A DNA stretch of 64,000 bases from Macrostomum lignano (taxonomy: Eukaryota). How positions within the stretch are numbered: position 1 is the stretch's first letter; every line of letters begins with the position of its first letter. This document shows positions 23,390 to 35,735 of the stretch, piece by piece. The notes beneath the pieces were generated by a model that saw only the letters and a list, made by a program, of their open reading frames with translations, ran no database searches and was not told where the DNA came from. Position numbers and translations under genes: made by a program. The stretch is from positions 208,744 to 272,743 of the forward strand of contig NIVC01001054.1 of NCBI GenBank assembly GCA_002269645.1, given 5' to 3'.

Positions 23390-26300
23390 ATGGCGTCAGC
23401 TCAGGTAACGACTAATCTAATTGATTGATTCTAATTATTCTACGAAGAATAAATTTCGAAAGAATAACGATTTTGTCAATTCACATTTTTCAATCTAGGA
23501 TGAGGGCATGGATTTCCACAAGGCCTTCCTGTCGATCGATACGGACCAATCTGGCGAAATCACAGTTGATGAGCTGCAAAGGTGAGGCTGCATGGGTTCT
23601 TCTGGGTAGCCTTTGAACCAAGTAGCTGCAAGTTGCAGGGCGTGCCAATGTCTAACAAGTGCTATCGTGTCTAACAGGTGCTATCGTGTCTAACAGTTGC
23701 TATCGTGTCTAACAGGTGCTATCGTGTCGAACAGGTGCTATCGTGTCTAACAGGTGCTATCGTGTCTAACAGGTGCTATCGTGTCTAACAGGTGCTATCG
23801 TGTCTAACAGTTGCTATCGTGTCTAACAGGTGCTATCGTGTCTAACAGGTGCTACCGTGTCTAACAGGTGCTATCGTGTCTAACAGGTGCTATCGTGTCT
23901 AACAGGTGCTATCGTGTCTAACAGGTGCTATCGTGTCTAACAGTTGCTATCGTGTCTAACAGGTGCTATCGTGTCTAACAGGTGCTACCGTGTCTAACAG
24001 GTGCTATCGTGTCTAACAGGTGCTACCGTGTCTAACAGGTGCTATCGTGTCTAACAGGTGCTATCCTGTCTAACAGGTGCTATCGTGTCTAACAGGTGCT
24101 ATCGTGTCTAACAGGTGCTACCGTGTCTAACAGGTGCTATCGTGTCTAACAGGTGCTATCCTGTCTAACAGGTGCTATCGTGTCTAACAGGTGCTATCGT
24201 GTCTAACAAGTTCTATCAAGTCTAACGGGTGCTATCATGTCTAACAAGTGCTATCGTGTCTAACAGTTGCTATCAAGTCTAACAGATGACACCATCATGT
24301 CTAACAAGTGCTATCGTGTCTAACAGTCGCTATCAAGTCTAACAGATGACACCATCATGTCTAACAGGATAATATCATCATGTCTAATAGGATGACACCA
24401 CCATGTCTAACAGGATAATATCATCATGTCTAATAGGATGACACCATCATGTCTAACAGGATAATATCATCATGTCTAATAGGATGACACCACCATGTCT
24501 AACAGGTAACACCATCATGTCTAACAGGATAACATCATCATGTCTAACAGGTAACACCATCATGTCTAACAGGATAACATCATCATGTCTAATAGGATGA
24601 CACCACCATGTCTAACAGGTAACACCACCATGTCTAACAGGTAACACCATCATGTCTAACATCCCCCCTACCGCAGCTACTGCCGCAAGATGAACTACCA
24701 AGAGACGTTCGTGCAGAAGTGGCTGATGCTGTTCGACGCTGATCAAAACGGCCGCATCACCTACGACGAATACTGCAACGCGCTGGGCCTCCCGCCTAAG
24801 AAGGACGTCGTTGCCAAGCACAAGTCGCAGCAGAGCAAAGGCAAAAAGGTTAGGAAAAAACTTGATTTCACCTACTATGAGTAGCATTATGTAGAAATGT
24901 GTTTTTTGCATTTTGCTTCAGTCTGGCAAGACGGCACGTGCGGTGAAAGTTGCGAAGAGACGTAAGGAGCAGGAAGAGACGCGGGTCACTGTGGAGACTG
25001 TGAAGCCGCCTGTGCAAGAGGAGGTCGTGCAGGTAAAATTAACAATTTTTTTTACATAACCACTTATGAGACAATTTAGTGGTGGGTTGAGAGTTGCGAC
25101 ATGAACAGATTAGACAGGTAGGATGGGGTGAGGCATTTAGTTGAAGGGGTGAGACAGGGAGATAAAGGGATTCGACAGAGAGATGAAGGGGTGAGACATG
25201 TAGTTGAATGGGTGAGACAGGTATATGAATGGGTGAGACAGGTATATGAAGGGGTGAGACAGGTATATGAAGGGGTGAGACAGATAGATGAAGGGATGAG
25301 ACCGGTAGATGAAGGGGTGAGACAGGGAGATGAAGGGGTGAGACAGATAGATGAAGGGGTGAGACAGGTAGATGAAAGGGTGAGACAGGTAGATGAAAGG
25401 GTGAGACAGGTAGATGAAAGGGTGAGACAGGGAGATGAAGGAGTGAGACAGGTAGATGAAAGGGTGAGACAGGTAGATGAAGGGGTGAGACAGGTAGATG
25501 AAGGGGTGAGACAGGTAGATGAAGGGGTGAGACAGATAGATGAAGGGGTGAGACAGGTAGATGAAGGGGTGAGACAGGTAGATGAAAGGGTGAGACAGGT
25601 AGATGAAGGATGGGACAGGTAGATAAAGGGTGAGACAGTTAGATAAAGGGGTGATACAGGTAGATGAAGGGTGAGACAGGTAGAGAAGGGGCTGATACAC
25701 ATGACAAAGAAACACTAATTAACATTTTCCTGCAATTGAAAAGGCAGCTGCAGTTGCCCCCGTAGCCGCCTCCAAGGCTGCTGCAGCCGGTCAGGCACCT
25801 CAGCCGCCGCCGTCGCAGGCCCCCAGTCGCCGCAGCCGTATCCGCAATGAGCAGCTGAGCTACAGCGGGGTGATGCTCCACAGTCGGGCTCGGGTGTTTC
25901 AACGCAAAGCCCTGTACAGGCTGGCCAAGAAGTCGGCGGCCAACAAGCTGGCCAGGAAGCTGAAGGGAGCGGCCAGCACCGCCGCTCAGCAGCGACCGGC
26001 CGTGGTTGAGAAGCCCATCGGCGGCGATAAGAATGGAGGGATTCGGCAGGTAGGCCGGAGGCGAGAAGAAATTTTCCACCAAAGACTAATCTAGAAATTG
26101 CCCACACTCTAGACAAAGTGAGTAATTTCCCTTGCTAGAAAAAGTGAGAAATTCCCCTCTCTAGACAAAGTGAGAAATTCCCCTCTCTAGACAAAGTGAG
26201 AAATTCCCCTTGCCCCTTGCTAGACAAAGTAAGAAATTCCCCTCTCTAGACAAAGTGAGAAATTCCCCTTGTCCCTTGCTAGACAAATTGAGAAATTCCC

Positions 26301-27360
26301 CTTTTCCCTTGCTAGACAAATAGAGAAATTCCCCTTGTCCCTTGCTAGACAAAGTGAGAAATTCCCCTTGTCCCTTGCTAGACAAATTGAGAAATTCCCC
26401 TTTTCCCTTGCTAGACAAATAGAGAAATTCCCCTTGTCCCTTGCTAGACAAAGTGAGAAATTCCCCTTGTCCCTTGCTAGACAAATTGAGAAATTCCCCT
26501 TGTCCCTTGCTAGACAAATTGAGAAATTCCCCTTGCCCCTTGCTAGACAAAGTAAGAAATTCCCCTTGCCCCTTGCTAGACAAAGTGAGAAATTCCCCTC
26601 TCTAGACAAAGTTAAAAACTCCAGTCTTAAGCAAAGTGTGAAATCCCCTCCCCCCAGAAGACAAAAATCCCCTTCAATAACGGAGAGAAATCTAGGCATT
26701 CCCCAATCCCCATTCAGGTGGCCAGCCGCCGCCAGCCCCGTAGTCTGCCCACCGAGCCTACCTCGAAGCCGCGCCGTCTTCGTCCAGTCAAGACCTTCGC
26801 GCGGCAGCGACGTCGCCTCAGAGCCTCCATCCAGCCGGGCAGCGTGCTGATCCTGCTGGCCGGTCGGCACCGCGGCAAGCGGGTGGTGTTCCTGAAACAG
26901 CTGGCCAGCGGCCTGCTGCTGGTCACGGGGCCATTCAAGGTCAACGGCTGCCCGCTGAGACGCGTCTGCCAGAGCTTCGTGATCGCCACCAGGACTCGGC
27001 TGGAGCTGGGGGACCTGCGGCTGCCGGAGCGGCTCAACGATGCCTATTTTAGAAGGTTGGTTCGTGGGAGTTGTCGCCCCCTCAACTCCCATTTAAAGCT
27101 AACCCATTCTCGAACCCGCTGACAGGACCAAGAAGCAGTCCAAGCAGAAGGCTAGTTCAGCAGCCCAGGACCCGTTCACCCGCCCGGAGGCCGCCTACCA
27201 GCTCGCCCAGGAGCGTCGCGAGGACCAGAAGTCGGTCGACAGCCAGGTGATGTCGGCCTTGGTGAAGCTGGGCCGACCGGACAAGAAGCTCATGCTGGGC
27301 TACCTGAGCAGTCTGTTCTCGCTGAAGAGCGGCCAGCGGCCGCATGACATGGTGTTCTGA
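23390..27360 (+). CDS. RPL6: two-EF-hand (tegument-allergen-like N-terminus) - 60S ribosomal protein eL6 fusion, 419 aa
   Basis: Exons 23390-23404, 23499-23581, 24677-24848, 24922-25032, 25744-26049, 26718-27055, 27126-27360; all GT-AG, 1260 nt, one open frame. EF loops [12 protein letters not shown] and [12 protein letters not shown]. eL6 motifs [74 protein letters not shown]. The eL6 part is near certain; the fusion joins are inferred, and the 25744 acceptor (AAG) is the weakest. Confidence 0.8.
23648..24660. repeat. 19-bp minisatellite grading to 22-25-bp units (intron 2 of EF-hand/RPL6)
   Basis: Unit GTGCTATCGTGTCTAACAG, then GTAACACCATCATGTCTAACAG. Confidence 0.96.
25130..25690. repeat. 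21-bp minisatellite (intron 4)
   Basis: Unit GTAGATGAAGGGGTGAGACAG. Confidence 0.95.
26108..26610. repeat. 26/33-bp minisatellite (intron 5)
   Basis: Unit CTTGCTAGACAAAGTGAGAAATTCCCCTTGTCC. Confidence 0.95.
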
Positions 27361-27544
27361 GACTTATAGATTGAGAGACGATGATGGACTTACCCTGGCA
27401 GATGCCGCCCTTGTTGAGATAGTAAATTTGAAAATAGAAAGTGAAAAATTCGAACTTCATGAACTGGATTGGTTTGCTGCCGGTTGGAAATCCAACATTC
27501 GGATTTTGTTTGGAACTGATTTGAGTCACCTTAGTCTGCATTCT

Positions 27545-28370
27545 TCTCTATCCTTGTTCTCTATCCAATTCTATCTTGATTTTCTATCTATCTCTATATA
27601 TCTCTTTCTTTAGTCTCTATCCAATTCTATCTTAATTCTCTATCATATTCTATCTTGATTTTCTATCCTATTCTATCTTGATTCTCTATCCAATTCTATC
27701 AATTAATTCTCCATCAGATTCTATCTTGATTTTCTATCTATCTGTATCTCTTTCTTGATTCTCTATTCAATTCTATCTTTGTTCTCTATCCTATTCTATC
27801 TTGATTCTTTATCTATCTCTATATCTATCTCTTTCTTGAGTCTCTATCCACTTCTATCTTGATTCTCCATCATATTCTATCTTGATTTTCTATCCAATTC
27901 TATCTTGATTCTCTATCCGATTCTATCCTGATTCTCTATCCGATTCTATATTGGTTCTCTATCCAATTCTATCTTGATTCTCTATCCAATTCTATCTTGA
28001 TTCTCTATCCAATTCTATATTGATTCTCTATCCAATTCTATATTGGTTCTCTATCCAATTCTATCTTGATTCTCTATCCAATTCTATCTTGATTCTCTAT
28101 CCAATTCTATCTTGATTCTCTATCCGATTCTATATTGGTTCTCTATCCAATTCTATCTTGATTCTCTATCCAATTCTATCTTGATTCTCTATCCAATTCT
28201 ATCCTGATTCTCTATCCTATTCTATCTTGATTCTCTATCCGATTCTATCTTGATTCTCTATCCAATTCTATCTTGATCCTCTATCCAATTCTATCTTGAT
28301 CCTCTATCCAATTCTATCCTGATTCTCTATCCAATTCTATCTTGATTGTCAATGCAATTCTATCTTGGTT
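27545..28370. repeat. 23-bp minisatellite
   Basis: Unit TTCTATCTTGATTCTCTATCCAA. Confidence 0.95.
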
Positions 28371-29196
28371 CTCTTTAATTAATTTAGTTTTTCATATTGT
28401 TTGCTGTATCCATGGCAGGCCATGTTGCTAGCCAAAGTAAGCCAAAGCCCAAAGGTAATTAGAGGCGGGCTTTGAAGTGTCTTCCAGTGAAGCCACTCTT
28501 CTACTCGCATACTTTTTTTTTCCTGCCAGACTCTTCCTATAGAGCTTTTTCTCAGACTTTGCGGGGTTGCAGCACAGCCTGCAGCCGTAGACTCAACCTC
28601 ACAGCTATTTTTAGCCCAATGGTAGAGCAGCGACCTTCTGCGCTAGCGACGTCACTTACCATGGATTGCTAGAACAGAAAAATTCTGGACTGAGGAAACT
28701 GATCAATTCCTAAAATTTTAGTCTTAAAAATCTTCATTCAAAGTCTTGTAATTAGTTAGTTTTCAATAAAAAGGCTTTAAAGAGGCAGAGCGGCCCCATA
28801 GGGCTGTAATCTCGTGGCTTATTTCTCTGGGAGTTTCCTCCCCAGATGGCTGTCCCCCTCGAACTCCCTGGTCCCGCGCAGCCGCCTCTCCAATCTCATT
28901 CTCTGTCTCTCTCCCTCCCGTTCTCTGCCAGCCCGCACCCTTTTCAGTTCAACGCCCACAAAAAGAATACTCAGCTGGCATAAGCTGGGGGCGCGCGAAC
29001 GCTATTGTGTAGTTTGCTTGGTTGCTAAGCAACCGTGAGAGCGCACACATTGGCGCACAGCTATAGTTATAGAGAGAGAGAGAGAGAGACTGCTCATAAG
29101 AGCTTGCGATCCACTGCGACATCAGAGCAGAGAGCAGAGCTTACCTAGAAACAGTGCGACTTAGCGGACTCAACCTAAAAATTAAATCTTGATTAT

Positions 29197-32100
29197 ATGG
29201 CTGGCCGAGTCAACCCCGCATTCATGCAGCAGCAGCAGCAGCAGCCGGAGAACTGGATGCCGAAACCCAGCGGCGGCAGCGACTGCCCACCCGGGCTCGA
29301 GTACCTGACCCAGCTCGACCAGGTGCTGGTCAAGCAGAAGAAGGAGTTCTTTGAAAGTGAGTAGGCATTAACCTGCATTAGTCTAACGCCACCGAGCATT
29401 AATAAATCATGCAAAACGCAATACCTGTCATTCCCCTCTATTTGCAGTGGTGACTGGCTGGGAAACGAAGAACAAGTACGTAGTGAGGAACTCCATGGGC
29501 CAGCAGATCTACTATGCTAAGGAGCGTAAGTGTTCAAGCCAACCTTTTTTTGTTGTTGCCAGGGCTTTAGCTAGACCTCAGCTCTGACTCACCCGAGAAT
29601 TTGATCCAGGTTGACCCAAGCACTCGGCCCAGGTTGACCCAAGCACTCGATCCAGGTTGACCCAAGCACTCGACCCAAGTTGACCCAAGCACTCGATCCA
29701 GGTTGACCCAAGCACTCGACCCAGGTTGACCTAAGCACTCGATCCAGGTTGACCCAAGCACTAGACCCAGGTTGACCCAAGCACTCGATCCAGGTTGACC
29801 CAAGCACTCGATCCAGGTTGACCCAAGCACTCGATCCAGGTTGACCCAAGCACTCGACCCAAGTTGATCCAAGCACTCGACCCAAGTTGACCCAAGCACT
29901 CGACCCAAGTTGACCCAAGCACTCAACCCAGGTTGACCTAAGCACTCGATCCAGGTTGACCCAAGCACTCGACCCAGGTTGACCCAAGCACTCGATCCAG
30001 GTTGACCCAAGCACTCGATCCAGGTTGACCCAAGCACTCGATCCAGGTTGACCTAAGCACTCGATCCAGGTTGACCCAAGCACTCGACCCAAGTTGACCC
30101 AAGCACTCGATCCAGGTTGACCCAAGCACTCGACCCCAAGCACTCGATCCAGGTTGAGCCAAGCACTCGACCCAGGTTGACCCAAGCACTCGACCCAGGT
30201 TGACCCAAGCACTCGACCCAGGTTGACCCAAGCACTCGATCCAGGTTGACCCAAGCACTCGACCCAGGTTGACCCAAGCACTCGACACAAGTTGACCCAA
30301 GCACTCGACCCAGGTTGACCCAAGCACTCGACTCAGGTTGACCCAAGCACTCGACACAAGTTGACCCAAGCACTCGACCCCAGGTTGACCTAAGCACTCG
30401 ATCCAGGTTGACCCAAGCACTCGATCCAGGTTGACCCAAGCACTCGATCCAGGTTGACCCAAGCACTCGACCCAAGTTGACCCAAGCACTCGACCCAAGT
30501 TGACCCAAGCACTCGACCCAAGTTGACCCAAGCACTTAACCCAGGTTGACCTAAGCACTCGATCCAGGTTGACCCAAGCACTCGACCCAGGTTGACCCAA
30601 GCACTCGATCCAGGTTGACCCAAGCACTCGATCCAGGTTGACCCAAGCACTCGATCCAGGTTGACCTAAGCACTCGATCCAGGTTGACCCAAGCACTCGA
30701 CCCAAGTTGACCCAAGCACTCGATCCAGGTTGACCCAAGCACTCGACCCCAAGCACTCGATCCAGGTTGAGCCAAGCACTCGACCCAGGTTGACCCAAGC
30801 ACTCGACCCAGGTTGACCCAAGCACTCGATCCAGGTTGACCCAAGCACTCGATCCAGGTTGACCCAAGCACTCGACCCAGGTTGACCCAAGCACTCGACA
30901 CAAGTTGACCCAAGCACTCGACCCAGGTTGACCCAAGCACTCGACCCAGGTTGACCCAAGCACTCGACACAAGTTGACCCAAGCACTCGACCCCAGGTTG
31001 ACCTAAGCACTCGATCCAGGTTGACCCAAGCACTCGATCCAGGTTGACCCAAGCACTCGATCCAGGTTGACCCAAGCACTCGATCCAGGTTGACCTAAGC
31101 ACTCGATCCAGGTTGACCCAAGCACTCGACCCAAGTTGACCCAAGCACTCGATCCAGGTTGACCCAAGCACTCGACCCCAAGCACTCGATCCAGGTTGAG
31201 CCAAGCACTCGACCCAGGTTGACCCAAGCACTCGACCCAAGTTGACCCAAGCACTCGATCCAGGTTGACCCAAGCACTCGATCCAGGTTGACCCAAGCAC
31301 TCGACACAAGTTGACCCAAGCGCTCCACCAAAGTTAACTAAGCGTGGCTCCCCACCGCGCCGCAGACTCTGACAATTGCCAGCGCCAGTGCTGCGGCAAC
31401 CAGCGCGCATTCGAGATGACGGTGGAGGACAACACGGGCCAGGAGGTGATCCACATCAGCCGGCCCTACAAGTGCATGTGCTACGGCCAGTGCTTCTCCT
31501 GCTCGAAGTGTTGTTTCGACACGGTCACCGTGGAGGCCCCGCCCGGCCGCGTGGCCGGCAAGGTGAAGCAGATCTACGGCTGCTGCGAGGCCAAGTACAA
31601 AATCGAAGACAAGGATGGCGACACCGTGCTGTACATTGACGGACCGAGCTACTGCAAGTGCTACTGCCCCGGGGATGACATCCCGTTCAAGGTGAGTCAG
31701 GGTGATTCGTTCGGGCTCATAGGTCAGGATTCTAATTGGTGGGTCAGGATTCTAATCGGTGGGTCAGGATTCAAGTTGGTGGGTCAGGATTCTAATTGGT
31801 GGGTCAGGATTCTAATAGGTGGCTCAGGAGTCTAATCGGTGAGGCAGGAGTCTAATTGGTGTGTCAGGAGTCTAATTGGTGTGTCAGGAGTCTAATTGGT
31901 GTGTCAGGAGTCTAATCGGTGGGTCATCAGGATTCAAATTGGTGGGTCAGGATTCTAATCGGTGGGTCATCAGGGTTCAAATTGGTGGGTCAGGAGTCTA
32001 ATTTGTGGGTCAGGAGTCTAATTGGTGGGTCAGGAGTCTAACTGGTGGGTCAGGATTCTGGTTTGTGGGTCAGGATTATAGCTCGTGTGCCGGTGCATGG

Positions 32101-33093
32101 TAGGTGAAGACTAGAGCAGGTGGGTCAATCAATGATAAGTTATAATATTAAACAGGCAATAAAACTTACTCGCATCTCAAACAGCTGGTGACAAAGGACA
32201 GGGAGCACGAGATCGGTCGCGTGTCCAAGCAGTGGTCCAACCTGCTGCAGGAGTACTTCACGGATGCGGACAACTTCGGTATCACATTCCCAAAGGATCT
32301 GCACCTGGATGCCAAGGCCACCATCATCGGAGCCTGCTTCCTGATTGTGAGTCTGAGCTTTGAGAGTGCAAAATGCCTTAGCGATATTTAAAGTGATTAG
32401 CTTCTTTTAGCACCAAATTTCCAATGTCTCAACTTCCGGACTTCTCATGTTAAAATGAAGCAATTGCGTGTTTTCTCCGGGGTGCTGCACGCACAAGTTT
32501 GTTGTGAGAATGTTGGAAAAAGTATTTCTGGAGAGCAACAATGCTTGGGTCAACCTGGGTCGAGTGCTTGGGTCAACCTGGGTCGAGTGCTTGGGTAAAC
32601 TTGGGTCGAGTGCTTAGGTAAACTTGGGTCGAGTGCTTGGGTCAACCTGGGTCGAGTGCTTGAGTCAACCTGGATCGAGTGCTTGGGTCAACCTGGATCG
32701 AGTGCTTGGGTCAACCTGGGTCGAGTGCTTGGGTCAACCTGGGTCGAGTGCTTGGGTAAACTTGGGTCGAGTGCTTAAGTAAACTTGGGTCGAGTGCTTG
32801 GGTCAACTTGGGTCAAATGCTTGGGTCAACTTGGGTCGAGTGCTTGGGTAAACTTGGGTCGAGTGCTTGGGTAAACTTGGGTCGAGTGCTTGGGTCAACT
32901 TGGGTCGAGTGCTTGGATCAACTTGGGTCGAGTGCTTGGGTCAACCTGGATCGAGTGCTTGGGTCAACGTGGGTCGAGTGCTTGGGTCAACCTTTAGTGT
33001 ACAATAACTGACAGCTACAACAACTCGCCGTTCACACCCATTACCCAGGACTTCATGTTCTTCGAGCGGTCGGGCAACAACAGGCGGCACTGA
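29197..33093 (+). CDS. PLSCR: phospholipid scramblase (PLSCR family), 256 aa
   Basis: Exons 29197-29356, 29448-29525, 31366-31691, 32185-32346, 33049-33093 (771 nt, GT-AG, phases consistent). Motifs WMP..CPPGLEYLTQLDQVLVKQ, ETKNKY..NSMGQ, CCG..RAF, Cys-rich segment, IGRVSKQWS..EYFTDADNFGITFP.DL...KA..IGACFLIDFMFFE. Confidence 0.95.
29601..31322 (+). repeat. 23-bp minisatellite (scramblase intron 2)
   Basis: Unit GTTGACCCAAGCACTCGATCCAG, ~75 copies. Confidence 0.97.
31720..32080. repeat. 20-bp minisatellite (scramblase intron 3)
   Basis: Unit GGTGGGTCAGGATTCTAATT / GGAGTCTAATT variants. Confidence 0.9.
32542..32992 (-). repeat. 23-bp minisatellite, inverted copy of intron-2 array (scramblase intron 4)
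   Basis: Unit CTGGGTCGAGTGCTTGGGTCAAC is the exact reverse complement of GTTGACCCAAGCACTCGACCCAG; ~19 copies. Confidence 0.97.
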
Positions 33094-33519
33094 TTGCTTG
33101 AGCGACTGAAATTTGACTGCTCAAAACACCTTACACCTGATTCTTTAAAGCTCAGATTTGTCTTATTGAACTGTCCTATTTATCAGCAATGCACTGTTAT
33201 AATTGTTATTTTTTCGACTTTTTGCGGAAATAAAAAGAAGCGGCTACAAAAATTTTTCGAGCAAATCGAACTTTTTTATTGGCTTTTTCAGTGTTCAGCT
33301 GATTGGTTTTTCCTAACTACCAGCGTAATTTTTGAGTTCGATAATTTCACTGAAAGCTGCAGACCCTGAATTTTGTGAATGTGTTTATAATTATAACAAC
33401 AATATGAATAGTTAATAGTAGTAGTAGTAATAACAATAATAACTTTAATAATAACCTCATGAGGCTGAGGGCACCCTGGCGCAACGCCCTCTCGGCTACG
33501 GCGTCACCCTGAGGTCGTC

Positions 33520-34465
33520 ACCCTGCTAGACATGCTGTTGTCACCCTGCTAGACATGCTGTTACCCTGTTAGACATGCTGTTGTCACCCTGTTAGACATG
33601 CTGTCACCCTGTTAGACATGCTGTTGTCACCCTGTTAGACATGCTGTCACCCTGTTAGACATGCTGTTGTCACCCTGTTAGACATGCTGTCACCCTGTTA
33701 GACATGCTGTTGTCACCCTGTTAGACATGCTGTTGTCACCCTGTTAGACATGCTGTTGTCACCCTGTTAGACATGCTGTTGTCACCCTGTTAGACATGCT
33801 GTTGTCACCCTGTTAGACATGCTGTTGTCACCCTGTTAGACATGCTGTTGTCACCCTGTTAGACATGCTGTCACCCTGTTGGACATGCTGTCACCCTGTT
33901 AGACATGCTGTTGTCACCCTGTTAGACATGCTGTTGTCACCCTGTTAGACATGCTGTTGTCACCCTGTTAGACATGCTGTTGTCACCCTGTTAGACATGC
34001 TGTTGTCACCCTGTTAGACATGCTGTCACCCTGTTGGACATGCTGTTGTCACCCTGTTAGACATGCTGTTGTCACCCTGTTAGACATGAGGTTTTTTACC
34101 CTGTTAGACATGCTGTCACCCTGTTAGACATGCTGTCACCCTGTTAGACATGCTGTTGTCACCCTGTTAGACATGCTGTCACCCTGTTAGACATGCTGTC
34201 ACCCTGTTAGACATGCTGTTGTCACCCTGTTAGACATGCTGTCACCCTGTTAGACATGCTGTTGTCACCCTGTTAGACATGCTGTCACCCTGTTAGACAT
34301 GCTGTTGTCACCCTGTTAGACATGCTGTCACCCTGTTAGACATGCTGTTGTCACCCTGTTAGACATGCTGTTGTCACCCTGTTGGACATGCTGTTGTCAC
34401 CCTGTTGGACATGCTGTTGTCACCCTGTTAGACATGCTGTTGTCACCCTGTTAGACATGCTGTCT
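33520..34465. repeat. 23/20-bp minisatellite
   Basis: Unit CACCCTGTTAGACATGCTGTTGT. Confidence 0.96.
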
Positions 34466-35244
34466 AACATCTAAGACACACGTCTACAACGCTAACTCCA
34501 GCTAGATGCAATTTCAGCTACTTCAAGTAGTCGGTCATGACGCCAAGTAGAATAGACGATTATTGATGAGAGAACAGAGGAGACGCGAGAGATGGAATGC
34601 GGGTTCCAAGAAAATCCGCCGATAAAAATCCGATTTTTCGGATTTCTCGACAACTATGCCGTTCCTTACCTACCTTCAGCTGGTTTCTAAGAAAATCCAG
34701 CTTTGCGTGCTTCCACTTCTGTCGCGTGTTTGTGTGTGTGTGTGTGTGTGTGTGTGCCTAAGTCCATAAAACTGGTTGGGGTTCAACTGTCTCGTGTTAG
34801 CAAAAATGCCAGCTAAAAATAAACACACTGTTGACGGCGTGCGCAGTTTGCTGCTGAAAATAAAATGAGACTTGAATAAGCAGAAAGAGATTAATTCAAA
34901 GCTTTGGATACTTGACCGTTTGATGAGAATAATAAACCTTGAAGTGGCTGCAACGGCTGACAGACAGTGAGCGTTTTTTGGGCTGAAGAAAGCTATTTTT
35001 AAATTCATTTTTAGTTCGCGCTGCACCCCACTGGGCTTCGGCTTGGTAGAAAAGCGACAACTGCAGCTCTAATTGCATCTCCTTTCCTGCCATTCATTTT
35101 GCAGCTGCACCGCTAGGGAAAGACTATGAAGAGTCTGGCTGCTTCATCGGAATAGATGAAGCAGTTTTTTCATAGCTCGTAGTCATGGGCGTAGCCACGG
35201 TGGCGGAGGGCCGCCGCCCCCCTCACTCCAAAGAGCTGACAAAA

Positions 35245-35605
35245 ATTATGGCGCTCCCTTCACGGCAGGCTTGTCGACCCTGTGCACAACTTGGTGCTGG
35301 CGCTCCTTGGTGCTGGCGCCCCTTGGTGCTGGCGCCCCTTGGTGCTGGCGCCCCTTGGTGCTGGCGCCCCTTGGTGCTGGCGCCCCTTGGTGCTGGCGCC
35401 CCTTGGTGCTGGCGCCCCTTGGTGCTGGCGCCCCTTGGTGCTGGCGCCCCTTGGTGCTGGCGCCCCTTGGTGCTGGCGCCCCTTGGTGCTGGCGCTCCTA
35501 AGGTGGCGCTCCTAAGATGGCGCTCTAAGATGGCGCTCCTAAAGTGGCGCTCTTAAGGTGGCGCTCCTAAGGTGGCGCTCTAAGATGGCGCCTCTGAGGT
35601 GGCGC
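35245..35605. repeat. 16-bp GC-rich minisatellite
   Basis: Unit TGCTGGCGCCCCTTGG about 13 times, then GGCGCTCCTAAG(G/A)T variants. Confidence 0.93.
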
Positions 35606-35735
35606 GTCCTTTGTTTCGAGTAGGCTTAAGTAATTTATCTAGCTCTGCATTTCTATCCAAAATTAGGTTGCTAGCAAGTGTCCTTCACCTTTTCTGCACT
35701 GGTACTATTTTGCACTGGTACTGGTGCAGTACCTT

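Noticed and set aside
26115-26125. AAA|GTGAGT as the RPL6 exon-5 donor
   Set aside because: Using it would include an in-frame TAG at 26092-26094; the CAG|GTAGGC donor at 26050 keeps the frame.
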